NCBI GenBank assembly: GCA_937864465.1
Contig: CALMJU010000045.1
Span: 1,702-65,701, forward strand
DNA: 64,000 nt
Reading direction: 5' to 3'
Source: an uncultured Acidobacteriota bacterium
GTDB lineage: Bacteria > Acidobacteriota > Polarisedimenticolia > Polarisedimenticolales > JAIQFR01
Positions within the stretch are counted from its first letter, which is position 1. Every line of letters starts with the position of its first letter. The notes under the pieces are model-generated. The model was not told the DNA's origin. It ran no database searches and saw only the letters and a program-made list of their open reading frames with translations. Made by a program: the position numbers and the translations under genes. This document shows positions 27,570 to 36,467 of the stretch, in pieces.

Positions 27570-28883
27570 CTATCCCAACGCCGCCGCGGCCCGTTCGCCC
27601 GAGAGCGCGGCGCCCTCGAGCGTCGCCGGGAGACCGGTGTCGGTCCAGTCGCCGGCGAGCACCAGGTTCGGAGAGCCGGTCCCGGGGCCCGGCCTCGCGG
27701 CGAGGTTCTCCGGCGTGAAGCGGGGAGTCGCCCGGCGCTCCTTGAGGACGAGAGCGCCGACGACCCGAGCCCCGCGGGCGAGCGGCAGGAACCGGCGGAT
27801 CTCCGAGACCGCGAGGGCTACGATCTCGTCCCGCCCGCGCCCGGCGAGGCCGTCGGCGGCGCTGGTCACGAGGGCGAGCCGCTCGGGCCCGCCCGCCCCC
27901 CGCTCCCGCCCTCGGAAGACCCAGTGCACCGGGGAGCGGACGAGCCCCGCCATCTCGGGGGCGCCCGTCGGCCGGTCGAGGCGGAGGCGGACCGAGACGA
28001 TCGGCGATTCGCCGAGGTCCCGCCAGGCGGGAGCCGTCGGCGGGGCGGCCGAGGGCGGCACGAGCGCGCCCGCCTCCCGATGGGGCACGGCGAGCACGAG
28101 GGCGCCGGCCTCGTGACGCTCGCCGCTCCGGCAGCGCGCCGCGACGAACCGCCCTCTCCCGTCCAGCTCGATCGACTCCACCTTCCTGCGGCGCAGCACC
28201 TCTCCTCCCCGGCCGCGGAGGTGGATCTCCGCGGGGCCGGCGATCGCCGCGTCGAGACCGCGATCGGCGAACCCGATCCGCGAGCCCCCCTCCCCGGCGA
28301 GGAGGGCCCGCCGCAGGACCGAGGCGACGAGCCGCGCCGGCGCCGTCTCCGGGCTCAGGTTGACCGTGGCGAGCACGAGAGGGTCCCAGAGCGCCTCCCG
28401 GGCCGCGGCGTCCTGGCCGTGCCGTGAGAGCCACGCGGCGGCGCTCGACCCGTCGAGGGCCGCGCACTCCTCCCTCGCCTCGCGGAGCGCCGCGCCCGCC
28501 CCCGGGACCGCGCGAAGCGGGAAGCCGCGGAGCCGCACGAGGCCGGAGAGGAGCCCCGCGCGGCCGGGCATCTCCTCCGGACGGAACGCCGTCCTCCCGC
28601 CTCCCTCGCGCAGCAGGACCACCTCCGCTCGCGGCTGGAACCTGAGGGCGTCCGCTCCCCCGGTCCTGCGGGCCATCCGGAGAAAGCTTTCGTAGCAGGC
28701 CATCACGAGGTGCCGGCCGTTGTCCTCGACCTCTCCGGTCCGGGGATCGGTCCAGGATCGGGCGCGGCCCCCCAGGACGGCCCTCGCCTCCAGGAGCCGC
28801 ACGCGCGCTCCGCGCTCGGCGAGCGCGGTCGCCGCGGACAGCCCCGCGCACCCCCCGCCGACGACGAGCACGTCCGGTCTCAA
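27570..28883 (-). CDS. hpnE: hydroxysqualene dehydroxylase (FAD-dependent, phytoene-desaturase family)
   Basis: ORF 27570..28883, TTG start (TTGA overlap with hpnD stop). VLVVGGGCAGLSAA dinucleotide fold. Third gene of an hpnC-hpnD-hpnE arrangement. Confidence 0.8.
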   Translation of the reverse strand: MRPDVLVVGGGCAGLSAATALAERGARVRLLEARAVLGGRARSWTDPRTGEVEDNGRHLVMACYESFLRMARRTGGADALRFQPRAEVVLLREGGGRTAFRPEEMPGRAGLLSGLVRLRGFPLRAVPGAGAALREAREECAALDGSSAAAWLSRHGQDAAAREALWDPLVLATVNLSPETAPARLVASVLRRALLAGEGGSRIGFADRGLDAAIAGPAEIHLRGRGGEVLRRRKVESIELDGRGRFVAARCRSGERHEAGALVLAVPHREAGALVPPSAAPPTAPAWRDLGESPIVSVRLRLDRPTGAPEMAGLVRSPVHWVFRGRERGAGGPERLALVTSAADGLAGRGRDEIVALAVSEIRRFLPLARGARVVGALVLKERRATPRFTPENLAARPGPGTGSPNLVLAGDWTDTGLPATLEGAALSGERAAAALG

Positions 28884-29764
28884 GGCGCCCGTCCCACTCT
28901 GCGGGCCACCGCCTCGCGGAGGACGACGCCGAGCGCGATCGCGGCGCGGCGCGGTCTCGAGAGGCGGGGAGCGCGGTCGAGAACGCGGGATCCCGCGCGC
29001 TCGACCTTGCGGAGCAGCGCGCGGTACACGGCGGCCATGATCTCCCCGGCCAAGGCGCGGCGCCTCTCCCCGGCCGGGAGCGCCGCGCGCGCCTCTTCGA
29101 ACCGGGCGCGCGCGTAGGCCGCCTGCTCCCGGATCGCGCGGTCGAGCCGCCGCCTCGATGCCGCATCGCCGCGCCGCAGGGCCTCGCGGTCAAGATCGTG
29201 GCGCGCCAGGACCTCCTCGGGCAGGTACACGCGCCCGCGGCGGAGGTCCTCACCCACGTCCCGCAGGACGTTCGTCCACTGGAGCGCGAGGCCGAGCTGC
29301 TCCGCGTAGCGCTCGCACGCCGGGTCCTCGCACCCGAAGATCCGGATGCAGAGGGCGCCGACCGTCGAGGCGACCCGCAGGCAGTACTCGCGCAGGTCGC
29401 CGATCGTCCGGTAGCGGCGTCCCTCGAGGTCCCAGCGGACGCCCTCGAGCAGGTCGTCGAACGGCCGCCGGGGCAGGCCGAACGAGCGGATCGCGCGGCC
29501 CAGCCTCCGCGCATCCGCATCCCCCCGGGCGTCGCCGCCGCGAAACGCCTCGTCGAGACGGCGGCGCACCCGTTCGAGTCTCTCCCGCGCCTCGCCGGGG
29601 TCGCGGGCCTCGTCCACAGCATCGTCGGCGCTCCGGCAGAAGGAGTACACGGCCTCGATCGCCTCGCGCCGGTCCTCGGGCAGCACGCGGAACGCGACGA
29701 GGAAGCTGCTCGCCGGGCTCGCGGCCCGCCGGTCTCCGGAGGCGCCCGCGCGCGGCGCGGTCAC
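28880..29764 (-). CDS. hpnD: presqualene diphosphate synthase
   Basis: GTG at 29764 (GTGA overlap with hpnC stop) inside ORF 28880..30403. SSFLVAFRVLPEDRREAIEAVYSFCRSADDAVD and LQWTNVLRDVGEDLRRGRVYLP (squalene/phytoene synthase Asp-rich motifs). Confidence 0.85.
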   Translation of the reverse strand: MTAPRAGASGDRRAASPASSFLVAFRVLPEDRREAIEAVYSFCRSADDAVDEARDPGEARERLERVRRRLDEAFRGGDARGDADARRLGRAIRSFGLPRRPFDDLLEGVRWDLEGRRYRTIGDLREYCLRVASTVGALCIRIFGCEDPACERYAEQLGLALQWTNVLRDVGEDLRRGRVYLPEEVLARHDLDREALRRGDAASRRRLDRAIREQAAYARARFEEARAALPAGERRRALAGEIMAAVYRALLRKVERAGSRVLDRAPRLSRPRRAAIALGVVLREAVARRVGRAP

Positions 29765-30651
29765 GGGGCGGACCACCGCCGGGGCAGGAGGGCTCTGCCG
29801 ACGAGGCGCGCCTTGTCGAGCCCGCCGAGGCTGGGACGCCGCCGGAAGACGTCGTAGTCCGCCGCCTCGATCCGGTCGAGGATGCGGTTCCCGCCGAGCC
29901 ACACGAGCCGGATCTCGAGCGCCAGCCGGCCGCGGAGCATCCCGAGGAGCGGCCGCCCGTCCTCGAAGCTCCGCCGCGTCCGCCCCACGATCTCCGCGAG
30001 GAGCGCCCGGAAGCCGTCGTGGAGCCTCTCGCCCCGGAGGTCCTCCTCCGAGACCCCGAACCTGCGCCGGTCCTCCTCCGGGAGATAGATGCGCCCGCGC
30101 CCGTAGTCGGGCGCGACGTCCTGCCAGAAGTTCGTCAGCTGGAGCGCCGTGCAGATCGAGTCCGACCGGGCGGCCCTGTCCTCGTCGCGATGTCCGAAGA
30201 GGAGAAGGACGAGGCGACCCACGGGGTTGGCCGACCGCCGGCAGTAGTCGAGAAGGTCGTCCCACCGGAGGTAGGACCGCACGCGGCAGTCCTGCCGGAA
30301 CGCGTCGAGGAGGTCGCGAAACGGCTCGAGCGGCAGATCGAAGCGGCGCAGCGTCTCTCCGAGGGCGACGAAGACCGGGTGGTCCGCCCTTCCCCCCGCG
30401 CACGCCTCGAGGCGCTCCTCCCAGCGGTCCAGCTCCTCGAGGCGCCGCCCCTCGTGCGACGGCTCGTCCGCGAAGTCGTCGGCGGCTCGGGCGAAGGCGT
30501 AGATCGCGCAGACGTGAGGCCGGATCGAGCGGGGCACCGCCCTCGACGCCACGGGGAAGTTCTCGTAGCGGGCCCTCGCCAGAGCCTCGCAGTACGCGTA
30601 GGACTCCTCCACGCTCCAGCGCACGGGATCGGGGACGGCCGGCTCCTCCAC
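29761..30651 (-). CDS. hpnC: hydroxysqualene synthase
   Basis: ORF 29761..30651 (GTG start). YENFPVAS, YAFARAADDFADE, LQLTNFWQDVAPDYGRGRIYLP. Confidence 0.85.
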   Translation of the reverse strand: MEEPAVPDPVRWSVEESYAYCEALARARYENFPVASRAVPRSIRPHVCAIYAFARAADDFADEPSHEGRRLEELDRWEERLEACAGGRADHPVFVALGETLRRFDLPLEPFRDLLDAFRQDCRVRSYLRWDDLLDYCRRSANPVGRLVLLLFGHRDEDRAARSDSICTALQLTNFWQDVAPDYGRGRIYLPEEDRRRFGVSEEDLRGERLHDGFRALLAEIVGRTRRSFEDGRPLLGMLRGRLALEIRLVWLGGNRILDRIEAADYDVFRRRPSLGGLDKARLVGRALLPRRWSAP

Positions 30652-30660
30652 CGGCCCGCC

Positions 30661-32229
30661 TCAGCGCGCGTGCTCGACGGCCCGAACTTCCCGGATCACC
30701 GTCACCTTGATCTTCCCCGGGTAGTCCATCTCCGACTCGATCCGGGACGCGATGTCGGAGGCCAGGAGATCGACGCGGGCGTCGTCGACCTCCTCGGACC
30801 GCGCGATGACGCGGATCTCCCTCCCCGCCTGGATGGCGTAGGACTGCTCGACGCCGGGCATCGAGTTGGCGACGCTCTCCAGCTGCTCGATCCTCCGGAT
30901 GTACTCCGCGACGCTCTTGCGCCTCGCCCCCGGACGCGCCCCCGACAGCGCGTCCGCCGCGGAGACGAGAACCGAGATCGGCGAGATCACCTCGCAGTCC
31001 TCGTGGTGGGACGCGATGGCGTTGACTACGACATCCGGCTCCCCGTACTTGCGGGCCACCTCCGCGCCGATCTCCGGGTGCGTCCCCTCGCGCTCGTAGT
31101 CGATCGCCTTGCCGATGTCGTGGAACAGCCCCGCGCGGCGCGCGAGCTTCTCGTCGAGCCGGAGCTCCGCCGCCATCATGCCGGTGAATGCGGAGACCTC
31201 CTTGGAGTGCAGGAGGACGTTCTGGCCGTACGAGGTCCGGTACACGAGCCGGCCGAGGAGCTTCACCATCTCGGGGTGCACGTCGCGGATCCCGAGATCC
31301 TTGAGCGCCTGCTCCCCGGCCCGGCGCATCTCCTCCTCGAGCCGGCGCTGGTTCCTGCGCACGAGGTCCTCGATCCGGCGCGGGTGGATGTTCCCGTCCT
31401 TGATCAGCGCCTCGAGCACGCGGCGCGCGACCTCCCGCCGCACGGGGTTGAATCCCGAGAGCGTCGCGGTGTTCGCCTCCTCGTCGAGGAGCAGCTGAAT
31501 GCCGGTCGCCTTCTCGAAGGCCCGGATGTTCTTCCCCTCGTGCCCGATGATCCGGCCCCGCAGCTGGCTCCCCTCCGGGAGCGAGAACTGGTTGACGGTC
31601 CGCTCGGCGCTGAAGTCCGACGCGGCGCGCTCGACCGCCAGCGCGATGATCTTGACCGCCTCCGCGTCGGCGGTCCGCTGCGCGTCGTCCTTGATCTCCT
31701 TGATCATCGTCGCGGCGTCGAAGCGGACCTCCGCCTTGAGCTCACCGAGGAGATGGCGCTTCGCCTCGTCGCGCGTCATCTCGGAGATGCGCTCGAGCTC
31801 CAGCAGCTCGCGCTGCAGCAGGCGCTCCAGCTCCTCGCGGGCCTCCTGGATCTCCGCCTCCCGGGCCGCGAGCTGGGCCTCGCTCTCCTGCTGGGCCTCC
31901 CGCTTCTGCGCGAGATCCGTCTCGAGATCGGCGAGTGTCTGGCGGAGCGCCTTGAGGTCCCGCTCCCGCTTCTGGAGCTGGCCCTTCCTCGATCGCAGAT
32001 CGTTGTCGGCCTTGTTCCGCTGCCGGAGGATCTCCTCGCGCGCCTCCAGGACCGCCGAGCGCTTGCTCTTCTCGGCCTCGCGGCCCGCCTCCCGGAGGAT
32101 CTCCTCGGAGCGGCGGCGGACCGCCTCGAGGCTCCGCCGTCCGAGCCAGTTGTTGATCCACCACCCCGCCGAGACGCCCGCGGCAGCGGCAGCGGCGGCG
32201 ACCGCCAGCGAGAACCCGATCGAGCTCAT
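30661..32229 (-). CDS. rny: ribonuclease Y
   Basis: ATG at 32229 (ATGA overlap) inside ORF 30661..32937. N-terminal TM, long coiled coil, KH domain (RIIGHEGKNIRAFE), HD domain (LHSKEV..FHDIGKA..SHH). Confidence 0.95.
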   Translation of the reverse strand: MSSIGFSLAVAAAAAAAGVSAGWWINNWLGRRSLEAVRRRSEEILREAGREAEKSKRSAVLEAREEILRQRNKADNDLRSRKGQLQKRERDLKALRQTLADLETDLAQKREAQQESEAQLAAREAEIQEAREELERLLQRELLELERISEMTRDEAKRHLLGELKAEVRFDAATMIKEIKDDAQRTADAEAVKIIALAVERAASDFSAERTVNQFSLPEGSQLRGRIIGHEGKNIRAFEKATGIQLLLDEEANTATLSGFNPVRREVARRVLEALIKDGNIHPRRIEDLVRRNQRRLEEEMRRAGEQALKDLGIRDVHPEMVKLLGRLVYRTSYGQNVLLHSKEVSAFTGMMAAELRLDEKLARRAGLFHDIGKAIDYEREGTHPEIGAEVARKYGEPDVVVNAIASHHEDCEVISPISVLVSAADALSGARPGARRKSVAEYIRRIEQLESVANSMPGVEQSYAIQAGREIRVIARSEEVDDARVDLLASDIASRIESEMDYPGKIKVTVIREVRAVEHAR

Positions 32230-32894
32230 GAGCGGCCCTCCGCGGCCCCCGCCGCGAGCGGGTCCGAGACGAACGGGTTCGTCGAGCGCTCCTCGCCGAT
32301 CGTCGTCTCCGGCCCGTGTCCCGGGAGGCACACGGTGCTCCCCGGCAGACGGAAGAGCTTCCGGCGAATCGAGGCCTCGAGATCGGGCCACGACCCGCCG
32401 GGCAGGTCCGTGCGCCCCACGGAGCCCCGGAACAGCGTGTCTCCGACCAGCACCCTGTCCCCCAGCGCGATGCACGTCCCGCCGGGCGTGTGCCCCGGCG
32501 TGTGGAGGACCTCGAGCGGAACGCCGTCGAGGACCAGCGGACTCCCCTCCCGGAGCTCGACGTCCGGCTCGGGCGACGCCGCGAGGGTCAGGCCGAACGC
32601 GCGACCCTGCGCCTCGAGGTCGCGGAGGTACGGGGCGTCTCCCGGATGGATCGCGAGAGCTGCGCCCGTCCTCTCCTTGAAGAACCCGTTCCCGGCCGCG
32701 TGATCGAGATGCCCGTGCGTGTTGAGGATCCAGTCGAGGGAGAGGCCGCGGTCCAGGATCCCCTGGAGGAGGGCCTCGCTCCCGATCCCGGGGTCGACGA
32801 TCGCGGCTCGCCGCCCCGATGGGCCGACGACCACGTACACGTTCTCCTCGAACGGGCCCACCGTGAATCGCAGGATCTCGAGCGAATCGCGCAT
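32226..32894 (-). CDS. MBL-fold metallo-hydrolase (glyoxalase II-like)
   Basis: ATG at 32894 inside ORF 32226..34271. THGHLDHAAG, HTPGHTPGG, GDTLFRGSVGRTD. Confidence 0.85.
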   Translation of the reverse strand: MRDSLEILRFTVGPFEENVYVVVGPSGRRAAIVDPGIGSEALLQGILDRGLSLDWILNTHGHLDHAAGNGFFKERTGAALAIHPGDAPYLRDLEAQGRAFGLTLAASPEPDVELREGSPLVLDGVPLEVLHTPGHTPGGTCIALGDRVLVGDTLFRGSVGRTDLPGGSWPDLEASIRRKLFRLPGSTVCLPGHGPETTIGEERSTNPFVSDPLAAGAAEGRS

Positions 32895-32977
32895 CCCGGC
32901 CCCCCGCCTCCCGCGGCGCGACCACATCTTCCGCCAAAAGACGGGGCTCGGCAAACCCGCGGAGAGCGGCCCTCTCC

Positions 32978-34795
32978 TCAGCTTCGCGCCCCCGCGCGCT
33001 GCGAGGACGGGAGGACCCTCTTGCGGATCCGGAGGGCGCGCGGCGTGACCTCGACGGCCTCGTCGTCCCGCAGGAACTCGAGCGCCTGCTCGAGGCTCGG
33101 CGACCGGGGCGGGATCAGGCGCACCGCCTCCGGATCCCCGCCGGACCTCACCGCCGACCGCTTGCGCTCCTTCGTGACGTTCACCTCGACGTCGGCCGGC
33201 CGCAGTCCCTCTCCCACGACCATCCCCTCGTACACCTGGTCGCCCGGCGCGACGAACAGCATCCCGCGCCCCTGGATGTGCTCCAGTGCGTAGGCCGTGC
33301 ACCGGCCGGGCCGGTCGGCGACGAGGGCGCCGGTCTGCCTCTCGGGGATCTCGCCCTGCCACGCGACGTGCCCGTCGAAGACGTGGTTCAGGATCCCTGT
33401 CCCCCGCGTGTCGCTCAGGAACTCCGCCCGGAAGCCGAGCAGCCCCCGGGACGGGATCCGGAACTCCATGCGGACCCGTCCGGTGCCGTGGTTCACCATC
33501 TTGCACATGCGACCCTTGCGGGCCCCGACCTTCTGCGAGACCGAATGCGCGAACCCCTCGGGGCAGTCCACGACGAGCAGCTCGATCGGCTCGAGCATCT
33601 CCCCCTCCGCGACGCGGGTGAGGATCTCCGGCCTCCCGACCGTCATCTCGTATCCTTCCCTGCGCATCATCTCGATCAGGATCGCGAGCTGCAGCTCGCC
33701 GCGGGCCGAGACGCGAAACACGTCGGGCTCGCCCCCCTCCTCCACGCGGATCGAGACGTTGGCGAGGATCTCCTTCCAGAGCCGCTCGCGGAGCTTCCTC
33801 GCGCTGACGTACTGCCCGTCGAGACCGGCGAGCGGCGAGTCGTTCCCCCGGATCTCGACCGCGATCGTCGGCTCGTCCGCCTGGAGCGGCGGGAGCGGCG
33901 CGGGCCGGTCCGGGTCCGAGACGGTCTCCCCGACCGTGGCCGACTCCACTCCGGTGATCGCCACGATCTCTCCGGCCGACGCCTCCGCGACCTCGACCCG
34001 TCTCAGCCCCTCGTAGGAGTAGAGGCCGCCGACGCGCGCGCGGGAGGTCGTCCCGTCCAGGCGGCAATGGGAGACCTCGCCCCCGGCGCGGACCGTCCCG
34101 CCGACGATCCGGCCGAGCGCCATGCGTCCGACGAAGTCGTCGTAGTCGAGCCCCGTGACGAGCAGCCGCAAAACCTCGCCCGGATCGCGGGCGGGCGGCG
34201 GAACGGACCTGAGGATCTCGTCGAAGAGCGGCGTCAGCGGCTCGTCCGGGCCGTCCACCGTCCGCCGGCACACCCCGCGGCGGGCGTCGCAGTAGAGCAC
34301 CGGGAACTTGAGCTGCTCTTCTCGCGCCTCGAGGTCGATGAACAGGTCGTACACCTCATGGAGCACCTCGCGGGGTCTCGCCTCGGGCCGGTCGATCTTG
34401 GTCAGCACGACGATCGGCGCGAGCCTCGCCTCCAGGGCCTTCCGGAGCACGAACCGGGTCTGGGGAGCCGGTCCCTCCACGCAGTCCACTACGTAGAGGA
34501 ATCCCTCCACCATCTTCACCGCGCGCTCGGCCTCGCCCCCGAAGTTCGCGTGGGAGGGAGTGTCCACGACCACGATACGCGCGCCCCGGTAGGCGACCGA
34601 GGCCACCTTGACCATGACCGGCAGCCCCTTCTCCCGGTCGCCGCCGAGCGACCCGAGCAGCCGCTCGCGGTCTTGCCCATGCTCCCGGAGAAGGCCGCTC
34701 TGCCAGAGCATCGCATCCACGAGCGTCGTCTTCCCGTGGTCGACGTGGGCGACGACGGCCAGATTCCGGAGATCCTCGCGTGCGACGGAGCCCAT
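32978..34795 (-). CDS. typA: translational GTPase TypA/BipA
   Basis: ORF 32978..34795. AHVDHGKTTLVD, DTPSH, TKID. EF-G-like domain order and 605 aa length. Confidence 0.95.
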   Translation of the reverse strand: MGSVAREDLRNLAVVAHVDHGKTTLVDAMLWQSGLLREHGQDRERLLGSLGGDREKGLPVMVKVASVAYRGARIVVVDTPSHANFGGEAERAVKMVEGFLYVVDCVEGPAPQTRFVLRKALEARLAPIVVLTKIDRPEARPREVLHEVYDLFIDLEAREEQLKFPVLYCDARRGVCRRTVDGPDEPLTPLFDEILRSVPPPARDPGEVLRLLVTGLDYDDFVGRMALGRIVGGTVRAGGEVSHCRLDGTTSRARVGGLYSYEGLRRVEVAEASAGEIVAITGVESATVGETVSDPDRPAPLPPLQADEPTIAVEIRGNDSPLAGLDGQYVSARKLRERLWKEILANVSIRVEEGGEPDVFRVSARGELQLAILIEMMRREGYEMTVGRPEILTRVAEGEMLEPIELLVVDCPEGFAHSVSQKVGARKGRMCKMVNHGTGRVRMEFRIPSRGLLGFRAEFLSDTRGTGILNHVFDGHVAWQGEIPERQTGALVADRPGRCTAYALEHIQGRGMLFVAPGDQVYEGMVVGEGLRPADVEVNVTKERKRSAVRSGGDPEAVRLIPPRSPSLEQALEFLRDDEAVEVTPRALRIRKRVLPSSQRAGARS

Positions 34796-34881
34796 CGGAG
34801 TGCCCTCTCGGCCCGGTCAGGAAAAAGGGCCGGGAGCCAGAGCCCCCGGCCCGCGCCGCCGAAAACGATACCACCGGAAAA

Positions 34882-34960
34882 TCGGGGACAGCAACCGATT
34901 TCAACGGGTCGCTGTCCCCGATCGCGCGTCCCCGATTACAATCGGTTCCCGTCCCCGATC
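34882..34960. repeat. array of the 9-mer GTCCCCGAT (3 direct copies + 1 inverted) overlapping a TACAAT box
   Basis: ATCGGGGAC at 34882..34890 (inverted). GTCCCCGAT at 34915..34923, 34929..34937 and 34952..34960. The 12-bp arms ATCGGGGACAGC/GCTGTCCCCGAT can form a hairpin. Palindrome CCGATTACAATCGG at 34933..34946 contains TACAAT (34938..34943). Confidence 0.7.
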
Positions 34961-34981
34961 CCGCGATCAAGGAGGAAGCGC

Positions 34982-35803
34982 ATGGCGGCCCAGGACGACG
35001 ACGCGGCGCTCGAGCGCATCTACGATTCGCTCGACGCCGGAGAGTACGAGAAGGCGCTCGACGACGTCGCGGCGGCGATCGACGCGCTTCCGGACGACCA
35101 GGAGGACCCCGTGCTCCGGCTCCTCGCAGGGATCGCGCTCCTCGAGCTCGACCAGCCCGGAGACGCGGCGGAGCAGCTAGCCCGCGCCGTCGAGCTCGAC
35201 CCAGACGACGCGGAGTTCCGCGCCAACCTGGCGATCGCGCTCTTCCGCTCCTGCCGCTTCGACGACGCCGCCCGGGAGGCGGCTCGGGCGCTGAAGGACG
35301 ACCCTTCGAGCCCCGACGCGATGCACGCGAAGGCCCTGACCCTCGAGCGGTCGGGCCGGCTCGGCGAGGCGGACGAGCTGTTCTCCCGGGCCTCGGAGAT
35401 CGATCCCGAGCGCTTCCCCGCCGCGGTCCACCTGTCCCGCGACGCGTTCGACCGCGAGATCCGCCGCGCGGAGGAGAGCCTCCCCGAGGACTTCCGGAAG
35501 CATCTTCGCGAGGTGCCGATCCTCGTCGAGGACGTCCCCTCCGAGGACGTGCTCCTCGGGGAGAGTCCGCCGCTCGACCCGGAGCTCCTGGGGCTCTTCG
35601 TCGGCACCGCGCTCGCCGACCGGCAGTGGTCGGGAGGCGGCGCGGACGCGCCTCCCCGGATCCTGCTCTTCCGGCGAAACGTCGAGCGCTATGCGGCCGA
35701 CGTCGAGGACCTGAGGAAGCAGATCGCCGTCACGCTCTACCACGAGCTCGGGCACTACCTGGGCCTCGACGAGGAGCAGCTCGCGGCGATCGACCTGGCC
35801 TGA
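34982..35803 (+). CDS. TPR-repeat protein with C-terminal zinc-metallopeptidase-like domain (DUF1025-type HExxH)
   Basis: ATG at 34982 with AAGGAGG upstream, inside ORF 33278..35803. TPR-like helices in the N-half. C-terminal YHELGHYLGLDEE motif. Confidence 0.75.
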   Translation: MAAQDDDAALERIYDSLDAGEYEKALDDVAAAIDALPDDQEDPVLRLLAGIALLELDQPGDAAEQLARAVELDPDDAEFRANLAIALFRSCRFDDAAREAARALKDDPSSPDAMHAKALTLERSGRLGEADELFSRASEIDPERFPAAVHLSRDAFDREIRRAEESLPEDFRKHLREVPILVEDVPSEDVLLGESPPLDPELLGLFVGTALADRQWSGGGADAPPRILLFRRNVERYAADVEDLRKQIAVTLYHELGHYLGLDEEQLAAIDLA

Positions 35804-35830
35804 GCCCCCGTCCGGCTCCTCGCGGCAGCC

Positions 35831-36463
35831 TCACCGCGGCCGCGGGGGCCCGGCCCCGAGCCAGCCCGCGAGGCGGTCGGCCAGGAGCTCGATCCCCTCC
35901 GCGACCTCGAGCGGATTCCCGCTCCCCAGGAACCCGGGGGTGAACAGCGTCCTCCGCTCCTCGTCCGCCACGACCTCGGCCGCGGGGACCTCCATCGTCC
36001 GCGGATCCAGCGGCCGGTCCTGCAGCCGCGCGAGAACCGTCTCCGCCAGGCCGATCACGGCGATCGGCGCGCGCCGCTCGGAGAGAGCGGAGAGGAGCGA
36101 CGCGACCTCCGGCCTCAGGGGTCCTCCCCCGATCCTTCCCGGGGGAAGGAGGCAGAGGTTCTTGACCGCGCCGAGCCCCCCCGGCACGACGACGGCGTCG
36201 ATCTCCTCCGGCGGGACGCTGGGCAGCGCGCGAACCGCGCCGCGCGCGAGACGAGCCGCCTCGGCCAGGACGCGCCGCGGCGCGGCCTCCCGCTCGGCCT
36301 CCGCCGTGGAATGATCCACGACGTCCTCCTGCTCCACGTCCGGAGCAAGGAACTCGACCGCGAGACCTCGCCGGGCGAGGGCGAGGGCGACGAGGACGGT
36401 CTCCTGGATCTCGGACCCGTCGTGGGCGCCGCAGCCCGCCAGGAGGACCCCGACGCGGCGCAC
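35831..36463 (-). CDS. elbB: isoprenoid biosynthesis glyoxalase ElbB (DJ-1/PfpI superfamily)
   Basis: ORF 35831..36463 (GTG start). VGVLLAGCGAHDGSEIQETV and VVPGGLGAVKNL align with my recollection of E. coli ElbB. Confidence 0.8.
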   Translation of the reverse strand: MRRVGVLLAGCGAHDGSEIQETVLVALALARRGLAVEFLAPDVEQEDVVDHSTAEAEREAAPRRVLAEAARLARGAVRALPSVPPEEIDAVVVPGGLGAVKNLCLLPPGRIGGGPLRPEVASLLSALSERRAPIAVIGLAETVLARLQDRPLDPRTMEVPAAEVVADEERRTLFTPGFLGSGNPLEVAEGIELLADRLAGWLGAGPPRPR

Positions 36464-36467
36464 GGTC

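Noticed and set aside
29158-32703. 1181-aa plus-strand ORF across hpnC/hpnD/rny
   Set aside because: Antisense shadow with R/P/E/D-rich junk sequence. The minus-strand frames encode recognisable HpnC, HpnD and RNase Y.
34882-34960. CRISPR-like repeat array
   Set aside because: The repeats are only 9 nt, irregularly spaced (14 and 23 nt), partly inverted, and sit in a promoter region. There are no cas genes.
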